IMG/VR virus record: IMGVR_UViG_3300017903_002468
Location: 1-48,755 of that record
Strand: one strand, 5' to 3'
DNA: 48,755 nt
Source of the DNA: a virus
Lineage: Duplodnaviria; Caudoviricetes
A program made the position numbers and the translations under genes. Position 1 is the stretch's first letter. The number at the start of each line of letters is the position of its first letter. Below the pieces are notes generated by a model. It was not told the origin of the DNA. It did no database searches and saw only the letters and a list, made by a program, of their open reading frames with translations. Shown here one piece after another: positions 40,555 to 48,677 of this stretch.

Positions 40555-41218
40555 TTTTTATAATGTGTTTTCTATACCTGTATGGAAAACAAAAATAACC
40601 AAGGATGATTATGATAAAGATCTAATCCTTGGTGAGATGCTACACAACTTCAAAGTAGATCCCAAAAGAAATACCTGGGATAAGGTGATGCCAACTACTA
40701 TGAAAAGTAACTGGCATCATTCCAATAATGATGAATCTGATGAAAGATTTAAGTCTGTCAGTTACGAAGAGTCTGGTTTAACTTCGGTTATCAACTCGAA
40801 GGTTAGAGAATTCTTTTCTCATCTCGGGTTAAATTCTGATGTCAATTACTTTTTTCAAATAACAAACTACACAGTGTCCACCGAAGGATACTTTTTGACT
40901 AGTCATGGGCACGGAAGTGATTCTTTCAGCTCAGTCCTGTTTGTTCAATTTGATAAACTAAATCACCCATCTACTTATTTTAACAATCCATTTAGTGCAG
41001 CAGATCAAACACGTTGGTTGCAAAAAGATTTATATAATTCTTTTGACAATCGAAACCCGTTTTTCAGTTATATGCAAGATACGTGGGCGATCGACACTGA
41101 TGAAGATGATTACATGATTTTTCCAGGACATGTCAAACACGAAGTTCCTACAGTAGGAAAATCAAATAAAGAAAGAGTAACTATTTCATGCAATATTAAG
41201 GTTTACAAAGATGTCTAA
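40547..41218 (+). CDS. Putative 2OG-Fe(II) oxygenase, HxH type (TIGR02466-like, 223 aa)
   Basis: FSIPVW start, SHGH..SFSSVLFV, MIFPGHVKHEV and RVTISCNI. Confidence 0.8.
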   Translation: MSDFYNVFSIPVWKTKITKDDYDKDLILGEMLHNFKVDPKRNTWDKVMPTTMKSNWHHSNNDESDERFKSVSYEESGLTSVINSKVREFFSHLGLNSDVNYFFQITNYTVSTEGYFLTSHGHGSDSFSSVLFVQFDKLNHPSTYFNNPFSAADQTRWLQKDLYNSFDNRNPFFSYMQDTWAIDTDEDDYMIFPGHVKHEVPTVGKSNKERVTISCNIKVYKDV

Positions 41219-42767
41219 AGAAATCAATTCTATTACTATTGTTGGTGGCGGTAGTGCTGGATGGATGTCTGCCGCTACTATGATTAGATTTTTTCCTAAC
41301 AGAAAAATTACGATCATTGAAAGTCCTGACTTTCCTATTGTAGGAGTTGGAGAGAGCACTCTAGGACATATCAATCAGTGGTTGAATATTCTTGGAATTC
41401 ATGAAGATGACTTCATGAAAGAATGCGATGCATCATATAAATTGAGCATTAAGTTCACAGACTTTTATGCTAAGGGAGACGGAGGATATCACTATCCATT
41501 TGGACCACCACTGAAAGATGGAACTGAACTTGGACTAAATGACTGGCATGTCATGAAGTTGTTTGCTCCTGGTACTCCAGCGCAAGACTTTGCTAGATGT
41601 TTCAATCCCATCACTTTGCTTGCAGAGCAAAATAAAATTGATAAAAACGAGAGTGGTCACCTAGACAACTTTGATTTTGCAAGGGATGCTGCATATCATT
41701 TTGATGCTGTAAAATTTGGTCAATGGTTGAAGAATAACTATTGTCTTCCCAGAGGAGTAGAACTTATCGCTTCTTCTGTCAAGGATATTACTACTGGCGA
41801 TGATGGTATCGAGTCATTAACTCTAGATGATGGTACGATACATTCTGCTGACATGTATCTAGATTGTACTGGATTCAAGAGTATGCTTCTTGCTGGTGCT
41901 ATGAAAGAGGAGTTCGTTTCTTATAGAGATGTTGTTCCAAATAACAGAGCATGGGCAACTAGATTGCCATATACAAATAAAGATGAGCAGTTGCAACCCT
42001 ACACAAATGGCACTGCTTTGTCATCTGGTTGGGTATGGAACATCCCTTTGTGGAGTAGAATCGGCACAGGGTATGTTTATAGTGATGATCACATCACTCC
42101 AGAAGATGCTCTAAAAGAATTCCAAGAACATATTGGAAGAGACGATCTTGAGTTTAGAGACATCAAGATGCGTATCGGAATTCACAAAAACGTATGGACG
42201 AAGAACGTAGTTGGAATTGGACTAGCAGGTGGGTTTATTGAACCATTGGAGAGTAATGGTTTGTTTACTGTGCATGAGTTCCTTCTTAAATTGAGCAGAT
42301 CTATTGCAAAACCTTTTGTAAATCAATTGGACAGAGATATCTTCAACATGTCTGTTCGTGATATATTTGATACGTTTGCTACATTTGTTGGTTTACATTA
42401 CCGACTTAGTTCTAGAAACGATAGTTCTTATTGGAGAGATGTTACGGAAAGAACTAATCTTCGCGAGGAAATCTTAAGGATTCCTCAGATGCAAACAGAC
42501 TTTAGACACCTTGCTGCAGCAAAAATGATTGATGAGCAATTTACTGATGGGGGACAAGCATACATTGCTACTGGTATGCACTATCCTTTGATTGATGATT
42601 CGACTTTAATGTCTTGGACGTATCACAATGATGTAGACTACAGAAAGTTAGCACAAAGAGCAGCACTTAGATTTACACGCAGAAAAAATATGTGGCAAAG
42701 TGTTTCGGATATTGCGCCAACATTGCATGAACATTTGGCGAATAAATATGGATATGAGGTAAATTAA
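41211..42767 (+). CDS. Flavin-dependent (tryptophan-halogenase family, PrnA/VirX1-like) halogenase (518 aa)
   Basis: FAD motif IVGGGSAGW, VGVGEST, catalytic-Lys region ASYKLSIKF, AYHFDA, DCTGF, halogenase signature GWVWNIPL and FIEPLESNG. Confidence 0.93.
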   Translation: MSKEINSITIVGGGSAGWMSAATMIRFFPNRKITIIESPDFPIVGVGESTLGHINQWLNILGIHEDDFMKECDASYKLSIKFTDFYAKGDGGYHYPFGPPLKDGTELGLNDWHVMKLFAPGTPAQDFARCFNPITLLAEQNKIDKNESGHLDNFDFARDAAYHFDAVKFGQWLKNNYCLPRGVELIASSVKDITTGDDGIESLTLDDGTIHSADMYLDCTGFKSMLLAGAMKEEFVSYRDVVPNNRAWATRLPYTNKDEQLQPYTNGTALSSGWVWNIPLWSRIGTGYVYSDDHITPEDALKEFQEHIGRDDLEFRDIKMRIGIHKNVWTKNVVGIGLAGGFIEPLESNGLFTVHEFLLKLSRSIAKPFVNQLDRDIFNMSVRDIFDTFATFVGLHYRLSSRNDSSYWRDVTERTNLREEILRIPQMQTDFRHLAAAKMIDEQFTDGGQAYIATGMHYPLIDDSTLMSWTYHNDVDYRKLAQRAALRFTRRKNMWQSVSDIAPTLHEHLANKYGYEVN

Positions 42768-42769
42768 TT

Positions 42770-43333
42770 ATGGCATACGAAGCGATGTGGTACAAATCTC
42801 ATCTACCAGAAGAGATTATTGATCCCATGATGGAGCACTTATGGGACTCCGATAATTTTATTGATTCAGAAACCAAAAGTGGTCTACAATTAGATATTAG
42901 AGATAGTCAACACCAATGGATTCCTGATAGTCATTGGGTGTGCGGGTTGTTGTGGCACTACGTGAATCTAGCAAACAATGCTAACTTTGGTTATGACATC
43001 ACTCAGTTTGATCATAATGCAATTCAATACACTAAGTATGAAGCTGGTCAGTATTATGGATGGCATAAAGATGATGGTGTTGCCGCTATTGATCCTAATG
43101 ATAAAACCAAACAAATCAGAAAATTGTCTGTCGTAGTTCAGTTGTCTTCCCATGAAGATTACACTGGAGGAGAATTCCAGATGATGGAAGATATCAATAG
43201 AACTTTCTTTGCTCCAAAGCAAAAAGGTACTATTATCATTTTCGATAGTAGACTTCCCCATAGAGCAAAGAAAGTATTGACTGGCGAAAGAAGATCTCTT
43301 GTCGCTTGGGTAACTGGACCTCAATGGAGATGA
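42770..43333 (+). CDS. Prolyl-4-hydroxylase-like / PKHD-type 2OG-Fe(II) oxygenase (187 aa)
   Basis: QYT.Y..GQYYGWHKD, RKLS..VQLS...DY.GGEF and GTIIIFDS...HR...V..G.R.SLVAW..GP. Confidence 0.9.
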   Translation: MAYEAMWYKSHLPEEIIDPMMEHLWDSDNFIDSETKSGLQLDIRDSQHQWIPDSHWVCGLLWHYVNLANNANFGYDITQFDHNAIQYTKYEAGQYYGWHKDDGVAAIDPNDKTKQIRKLSVVVQLSSHEDYTGGEFQMMEDINRTFFAPKQKGTIIIFDSRLPHRAKKVLTGERRSLVAWVTGPQWR

Positions 43334-43917
43334 GTATGAAGTGGAATGACTGGTCTGTAATCCTCGTAAGAAATATAGTAAATCCTATTCGTTTATATGA
43401 TGGTATTCCCGAAGAACGAGGAGCAATAAGATACAACCCCGATGGTGTTGTATGGGAACCAAGTGAAGGTCCACTTGGAGTAGATGGCAGTTTATCTAGA
43501 TATAATCATCCAAAATATAGAGAACTTCATTATGAGTTAAAATCTAAAATAGAAAATGTCATAGGAGATGTTTTATACCCATCATATTTTTATGACAGAT
43601 TTTATTTTAAAGGACAAGAGTTGGTAGAGCATACTGATCGACCAGCATGTGAAGTAAGTATTTCTATTAATTGTTCTCACAATCTAGATTATGATTGGCC
43701 AATTTGGTTTAGAACTCCAGAGGGTGATGACATTCCTTTGATTACAAATCCTGGAGATGCAGTAATTTACAAAGGCGAAGAGAGACCTCATTGGAGAAAA
43801 CCAATGAAAGGGAATGCTAAATCTTATTTCCATCAACTCTTTATGCATTATGTTCGTAGAGATGGTCCACACTTGGAACATGCATACGACAAAAGCAACA
43901 CTATAAATAAACTATAG
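43330..43917 (+). CDS. 2OG-Fe(II) oxygenase superfamily protein (~195 aa)
   Basis: RFY..GQEL..HTDRPACEVSISI, WPIW and PGDAVIYKG....HWR......QLFMHYV. The start is more likely ATG 43330 (ATGA overlap) or 43336 (GGAG upstream) than the TTG at 43306. Confidence 0.85.
   Translation: MSMKWNDWSVILVRNIVNPIRLYDGIPEERGAIRYNPDGVVWEPSEGPLGVDGSLSRYNHPKYRELHYELKSKIENVIGDVLYPSYFYDRFYFKGQELVEHTDRPACEVSISINCSHNLDYDWPIWFRTPEGDDIPLITNPGDAVIYKGEERPHWRKPMKGNAKSYFHQLFMHYVRRDGPHLEHAYDKSNTINKL
43902..43909 (+). promoter_or_regulatory. Late promoter (TATAAATA)
   Basis: Perfect consensus inside the last codons of the upstream gene, about 30 nt before the second glycine-rich gene. Confidence 0.8.
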
Positions 43918-43939
43918 GAAAAAAGTCTCAACAGATAAC

Positions 43940-45154
43940 ATGTCGGAAATTAATGTTGGTGATTTAAACGTATCTAACGAACTTAGATTACCTGTATATA
44001 ATAGTGCTAACAGACCTGTTAACCCTGCCACTGGGTTTATGATCTTTAACTCTACCGAGGAGAAGATGCAGATTTGGGACGGATCTAACTGGAAAAGTTT
44101 TGGTCAAAAGAATTATGACATCAGTGCTACTGGCAACTATCAGTCGATCGATCTGACCAACGAATATAATGGATATCGTTGTTATAAGTTTACTGGTGAT
44201 GGAACTATTACAGTAAACCAAAGCAACCCAGACAGCGGTGTAGAATTCGTTCTCATTGCGGGTGGTGGCGGTGGTGGAGGAGTTATTGGTGGCGGAGGTG
44301 GTGGCGGTGGCGTCATCTATCGCAGATCTGTATATCTAGCACCAGGAACTTATAGTATTACGATTGGACAAGGTGGTGCTGCTGGAACTGGATGGAATAG
44401 TCCTCAACAGGAAGGAACTGCTGGCGGTCCTTCAATCTTTACTGACAATGCTGGATTCACATATGAAGCAGTAGGTGGTGGTGGAGGATGTGGTCATGGC
44501 GGCAGCTCTCCAAATAGAATTGCTGGTCAAGGCGGTTCTGGTGGTGGTAGTGCAAACGTTCAGCGTCGTGGTGGCAATGCTATCGGCAAAAACTTCGGAC
44601 CACAAAATACCGACAAAGGACATGATATCAGGTCTGTATACAGCAATAACAATGAAGCACATGCGTCAACTGATGTTTTAGGAAGGAGTGGTCAAAGTTG
44701 GGATGCAATCGAAACTTCTACTAATGATGTTAGAGGAGTTCAAGGTAACGCTGGAGGAATCTGGGGTGATGGTGACGCAGGCGCAGGTGGCGGCGGTTGT
44801 GGATCTAATGGAGGTAATGGTGGAGCTCCCCGAGATACTGGGGGAGAAGGTGGTCATGGATGCTATTTCGATTTGGATGGCACCATGACTGGATATGCTG
44901 GCGGTGGCGGCGGTGGTGTCCGAGGCACTGGTCGTCGTCGTGGGGTCAAGGCAGGTGACTATGGCGGTGGAGATGGAGGTAGATCTACTTCTGCTCCAGT
45001 ATCTTTCGGCAGTCCAACCCCCAATAATGCTGAAGCTGGTGGCACCAATCGCGGTGGCGGTGGCGGTGGAGGGGGTTACAATGCTCCCAGAAGCGGCGCT
45101 GTCGGCGGTCCTGGTGGATCAGGAATATTCATGATTAGATATAAGAGGACATAA
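43940..45154 (+). CDS. Glycine-rich putative fibre-tip adhesin, paralog 2 (404 aa)
   Basis: N-terminus similar to paralog 1 (MSEINVG.L.VSN.L.LP.Y....RP; GFMIFNST...MQIWDG.NW), polyglycine runs and the end GGSGIFMIRY. Confidence 0.8.
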   Translation: MSEINVGDLNVSNELRLPVYNSANRPVNPATGFMIFNSTEEKMQIWDGSNWKSFGQKNYDISATGNYQSIDLTNEYNGYRCYKFTGDGTITVNQSNPDSGVEFVLIAGGGGGGGVIGGGGGGGGVIYRRSVYLAPGTYSITIGQGGAAGTGWNSPQQEGTAGGPSIFTDNAGFTYEAVGGGGGCGHGGSSPNRIAGQGGSGGGSANVQRRGGNAIGKNFGPQNTDKGHDIRSVYSNNNEAHASTDVLGRSGQSWDAIETSTNDVRGVQGNAGGIWGDGDAGAGGGGCGSNGGNGGAPRDTGGEGGHGCYFDLDGTMTGYAGGGGGGVRGTGRRRGVKAGDYGGGDGGRSTSAPVSFGSPTPNNAEAGGTNRGGGGGGGGYNAPRSGAVGGPGGSGIFMIRYKRT

Positions 45155-45156
45155 AA

Positions 45157-45471
45157 ATGGCATTGGATTTAACATATGTTGCTTCTCTAACTGAAGCACA
45201 AAGACAAACAATCGTTACAGTAATCAATCACATTGAAGACGAGGAACCATTTGGTCCTGGTGTAACTGCCGATTGGGTTGAAGAGATGAGAGAAACTCTT
45301 AGACTTTCTGCACCTAGACAGGAAGATATTGATCAATGTGAGACACTGAAAAAAATTGCAAACACCGATCTCTCATATTCTGTCAATAGACTTGCTGACG
45401 ACAGAGGACTACCTGTTGTCACTATTACGGGTAACACTCTAGAACTTGACAGAGTGTTCATCGAAGACTAA
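45157..45471 (+). CDS. Hypothetical acidic protein (104 aa)
   Basis: GAGG RBS in the end of the upstream gene, 2-nt gap. No recognised motif. Confidence 0.75.
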   Translation: MALDLTYVASLTEAQRQTIVTVINHIEDEEPFGPGVTADWVEEMRETLRLSAPRQEDIDQCETLKKIANTDLSYSVNRLADDRGLPVVTITGNTLELDRVFIED

Positions 45472-45479
45472 TATAAATA
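45472..45479 (+). promoter_or_regulatory. Late promoter (TATAAATA)
   Basis: Perfect consensus right after the stop codon, about 22 nt upstream of the 62-aa gene. Confidence 0.8.
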
Positions 45480-45501
45480 CTACGTATCGTAATTTTTAAC
45501 A

Positions 45502-45690
45502 ATGGACACTGAACAACTGAGAAAGAATTTTGACGAGCAACTTGCTAGTACAGAAAAGCAAATTACTGAACTGAAAGCAAATCTCGCGAAAGCAGAAGAG
45601 TATAAACTTAAACTAGTTGGTGGTATCGAAACGCTGGATCTACTTGCTGGACCAGCAGAAGAAGCACCTGCCGAAGCACCTGCAGAATGA
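45502..45690 (+). CDS. Small coiled-coil protein (62 aa)
   Basis: Heptad pattern QLRKNFDEQLASTEKQITELKANL..AEEYKLKL.GG.ETL with an acidic Pro/Ala tail; has its own late promoter. Confidence 0.8.
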   Translation: MDTEQLRKNFDEQLASTEKQITELKANLAKAEEYKLKLVGGIETLDLLAGPAEEAPAEAPAE

Positions 45691-45694
45691 CACG

Positions 45695-45729
45695 AATCCC
45701 TGCTTCCTAAATAGAAGTAGGGATTTTTT
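45695..45729 (+). terminator. Intrinsic terminator: 12-bp stem, 7-nt loop, T-tract
   Basis: AATCCCTGCTTC-CTAAATA-GAAGTAGGGATT-TTTT, with 11 Watson-Crick pairs plus one G:U, starting 5 nt after a stop codon. Confidence 0.85.
45707..45713 (+). promoter_or_regulatory. Late promoter variant (CTAAATA) forming the terminator loop
   Basis: Same heptamer as in the other intergenic gaps, 28 nt upstream of the gp13 ATG. Confidence 0.7.
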
Positions 45730-45741
45730 GTATCTAGGTGC

Positions 45742-46572
45742 ATGGCTACACCAACAAGTAAAGCAGAATTAATTGAATACTGCGAACGCCAGTTAGGTGC
45801 GCCTGTCCTGCAGATCAACATGGATGCCACCCAAAAGGATGACATCATCGATCAGGCGATTCAATATTATCACGAATACCATTTCGATGGTGTTGAAAGG
45901 ATGTATCTCAAACATCAGTTTACTGCTGATGAGGTAACTCGTTTCAATGAAACTGATGCTGCGTCTACATCTGCTGACGGGACTGCATGGGAGAACAGGA
46001 GCAACTACATTGAGGTTCCTGAACTTGTCATTGGCATTCAAAAAGTATTTGGTGTTTCCTCAAACTTTATGAGGAACAACCTTTTTGGTATGAGTAACCA
46101 ATACTATTTGATGGACCTGTTCTCGTTCTCTTCAGGTTCTGCATTTAGTTTTGGTAACTTTGACTTGACAAACTACTTCATGATCAAGCAGCACTTTGAG
46201 ACTATTGATATGATTATCAATACAGGTGCTCTGGTTGAGTATAGGTTTAACAAGAGACAAGACAAGTTGTATATTGATATCGATAAGTCTAGGATTGTAG
46301 AAGATCAGTATCTCCTTATTGACTGCTACAGATACCTAGATCCATCTACTCATACTCAAGTATTCAACGATAGTTTTGTTAAGAGATATGCTACTGCTCT
46401 CATGAAGAGGCAGTGGGGACAGAATCTAATCAAGTACAATAACGTCTCTCTTCCTGGTGGCATTAACCTTAATGGTCGCCAACTATGGGAAGACGGAGAT
46501 CGTGAAGTGAGAGAATTAGAGTCTAGAATGATGACAGATTATTCCCTTCCACCAATGGATATGATCGGATAA
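45742..46572 (+). CDS. gp13: Neck protein gp13
   Basis: ELIEYC.RQLGAPVLQIN, EYHFDG, VKRYATALMKRQWGQNL.KY...LPGG..LNG and the end PPMDMIG. Confidence 0.95.
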   Translation: MATPTSKAELIEYCERQLGAPVLQINMDATQKDDIIDQAIQYYHEYHFDGVERMYLKHQFTADEVTRFNETDAASTSADGTAWENRSNYIEVPELVIGIQKVFGVSSNFMRNNLFGMSNQYYLMDLFSFSSGSAFSFGNFDLTNYFMIKQHFETIDMIINTGALVEYRFNKRQDKLYIDIDKSRIVEDQYLLIDCYRYLDPSTHTQVFNDSFVKRYATALMKRQWGQNLIKYNNVSLPGGINLNGRQLWEDGDREVRELESRMMTDYSLPPMDMIG

Positions 46573-46573
46573 G

Positions 46574-47458
46574 ATGCCTACCAGTCCCTATTTTCCAAGT
46601 TACTACGGCGGTACTACTGGCGAGCAAGGTCTCGTCCAGGATCTTGTGGACGAACAGATCAAACTGTTCGGCACAGATATCTATTACATGCCAAGAACTA
46701 TCCTGAGAGATAACACTCTGGATGATATTGTCTATAACAAATATCTAGAACAATTTCAGATCGAGATGATGCTTCAGAATGTTGAAGGATTTGGATCTCC
46801 ATCTGAGTTCATCAGTAAGTTTGGTCTTAGAATTACTGACGAAGTAAGATTCTCTGTATCTCAAAGACGTTGGGATGCAGAGGTTGCAGAGCACAATCCT
46901 ACCTTGACTGTAGATGGTAGACCTAACGAAGGTGACCTGCTATACTTCCCACTTACTAAAGATCTTTATGAGATCAAGTTTGTCGAACGAGAAGATCCTT
47001 TCTATCAGTTAGGCAAAATTTATTACTATACAATGACGGCAGAGATCTATGAATATGGCAGTGATGACATTTCTACGGGAGTTCCCGAAATCGATGAAAT
47101 CGAGACTCTGTTTAGCAGTGCTATTGCTCTTACACTTTCTGTTGGCGGCACAGGAGACTTCACGATTGGAGAGACAGTTACAGGCAGCACAACAGGAGTT
47201 GAGGCAGAAGTCAAGTCTTGGGATAACTCCACAAGAGTGCTCCAAGTCATTAACAGAAAAGGAACCTTTGCCACTGGCGAAGCGATAACTGGAAATGATA
47301 GTGGTGCTGTTTGGGTTGTCGGTACATTCGACACTCTAAATAATACCAACAGCGAGTATGATCAAAATAGAGTCATTGAAACCGCTGCAGACAACATCAT
47401 TGATTGGACTGAGGGCAACCCGTTCGGTGAGGCAGGTAATTTCACAGGTAGCATCTAA
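46574..47458 (+). CDS. gp14: Neck / head-closure protein gp14
   Basis: EQ.LVQDLVDEQIK.FG.DIYYMPR, SKFGL...DE, RPNEGDLLYFPL...LYEIKFVE...PFYQLGK and E.NPFG. Confidence 0.95.
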   Translation: MPTSPYFPSYYGGTTGEQGLVQDLVDEQIKLFGTDIYYMPRTILRDNTLDDIVYNKYLEQFQIEMMLQNVEGFGSPSEFISKFGLRITDEVRFSVSQRRWDAEVAEHNPTLTVDGRPNEGDLLYFPLTKDLYEIKFVEREDPFYQLGKIYYYTMTAEIYEYGSDDISTGVPEIDEIETLFSSAIALTLSVGGTGDFTIGETVTGSTTGVEAEVKSWDNSTRVLQVINRKGTFATGEAITGNDSGAVWVVGTFDTLNNTNSEYDQNRVIETAADNIIDWTEGNPFGEAGNFTGSI

Positions 47459-48258
47459 TGTTAGGGTCACACTTTTATAACGAAATTATTCGTAGAAATA
47501 TCATCGGGTTTGGAACCCTCTTCAACAACATTGAGTTGAAGAAGAAGGATCCTAGTTCTGGCGATGTTCTTGAGGTGGAAAAAGTTCCCCTAGCATATGG
47601 TCCTAAGAATAAATTTCTAGCACGTCTAGAACAGAACCCAGATGTAGGTCGTAAGATTGCGATCACTCTTCCACGTCTCTATTTTGAGATGACTGGTATT
47701 CAATACGATTCCCAGAGGAAGACATCACCTATTCAAAAGTATAGAACTATTGTTCAGGATGATGGTACTGAGGTGAAGGAGCAATATGTTCCTGTGCCAT
47801 ACAACATCGAATTTGAACTTGGTATTATTGCTAAGTCACAGGATGATGGTCTGCAAATTATTGAACAGATTCTACCATACTTTCAACCATCTTTTAGCAT
47901 CACTCTCAACATGATTCCTGACATGGATGAGAAAAAAGATGTTGCTATTACATTGAATGGCATCAACTATGATGATGCTTGGGATGATAATTTTCTTGAG
48001 CGTAGATACATTACTTGGACATTGACATTTACTGCCAAGTCCTATGTCTATGGTCCATTCGATCAGGCAAGTGTTATCAAGAAAGCAATTGTATACGAAG
48101 GTATCAAAGCAGAAGTTCCACAGAGAACTACAAAAGTTACCTATACGCCCAAGGCACTCGAAGATAAAAATAATGATGGTGTGATTGATACACTAGATGA
48201 TGCTCTCCTGACTGGAGGAGACGACTTTGGATTTAATGAAGGCATTGAACTACTATGA
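47458..48258 (+). CDS. gp15: Tail sheath stabilizer / tail terminator gp15
   Basis: HFYNEIIR...IGFGTLFNNI, VPLAYGPK.KFL, TLPR, PVPYNI.FEL and QIIEQILPYFQP. Confidence 0.95.
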   Translation: MLGSHFYNEIIRRNIIGFGTLFNNIELKKKDPSSGDVLEVEKVPLAYGPKNKFLARLEQNPDVGRKIAITLPRLYFEMTGIQYDSQRKTSPIQKYRTIVQDDGTEVKEQYVPVPYNIEFELGIIAKSQDDGLQIIEQILPYFQPSFSITLNMIPDMDEKKDVAITLNGINYDDAWDDNFLERRYITWTLTFTAKSYVYGPFDQASVIKKAIVYEGIKAEVPQRTTKVTYTPKALEDKNNDGVIDTLDDALLTGGDDFGFNEGIELL

Positions 48259-48677
48259 GCAAGTTTGAAGAGAACATGGAAGATATCTTTGATATCGAAG
48301 TTGAGTCTACAGATATCGAACCATCCAAACCTAAACCTCCCAAGGAAGAGAAGGATGATCAAACTAAAGACTATGAGTATACCCGTGGGTCTTTATACTC
48401 ACTCATAGATAAGGGCAGAGAGGCGCTAGATGGCGCTCTAGAGGTGGCACAGGAGTCTGGGCACCCCAGAGCATATGAAGTCGCTGTGAACGCCATGAAG
48501 CAGGTAGCAGACGCCACTGACAAACTCATGGATCTTCAGCAGAAGATGAAGAACCTTGAGGCACCCACCAAAAGGGAGACCAACAACACTACGAACAATC
48601 TATTTGTTGGCAGCACAGCAGACCTCCAGAAAATGCTGAAACAAATAAATAAGAATGAAGAGTCAGGAGAGTCATGA
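48255..48677 (+). CDS. gp16: Terminase small subunit gp16
   Basis: DYEYTR..L..LI.KG..A......A.ES.HPRAYEV and NNLFVGST.DL.KML; follows gp15. Confidence 0.93.
   Translation: MSKFEENMEDIFDIEVESTDIEPSKPKPPKEEKDDQTKDYEYTRGSLYSLIDKGREALDGALEVAQESGHPRAYEVAVNAMKQVADATDKLMDLQQKMKNLEAPTKRETNNTTNNLFVGSTADLQKMLKQINKNEESGES

Noticed and set aside
40054-43917. Labels such as endonuclease V or ferrochelatase sometimes given to similar phage ORFs
   Set aside because: The visible motifs are HxD/HxH...H DSBH oxygenase signatures.
39330-45120. GGC/GGT triplet runs as microsatellites or a CRISPR-like array
   Set aside because: They encode polyglycine with mixed synonymous codons and have no constant repeat-spacer period.
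28876-45154. HxH iron-binding fibre-tip motifs like T4 gp37
   Set aside because: No repeated HxH series was seen; the His residues occur as single H(T/L)FV or HG motifs.
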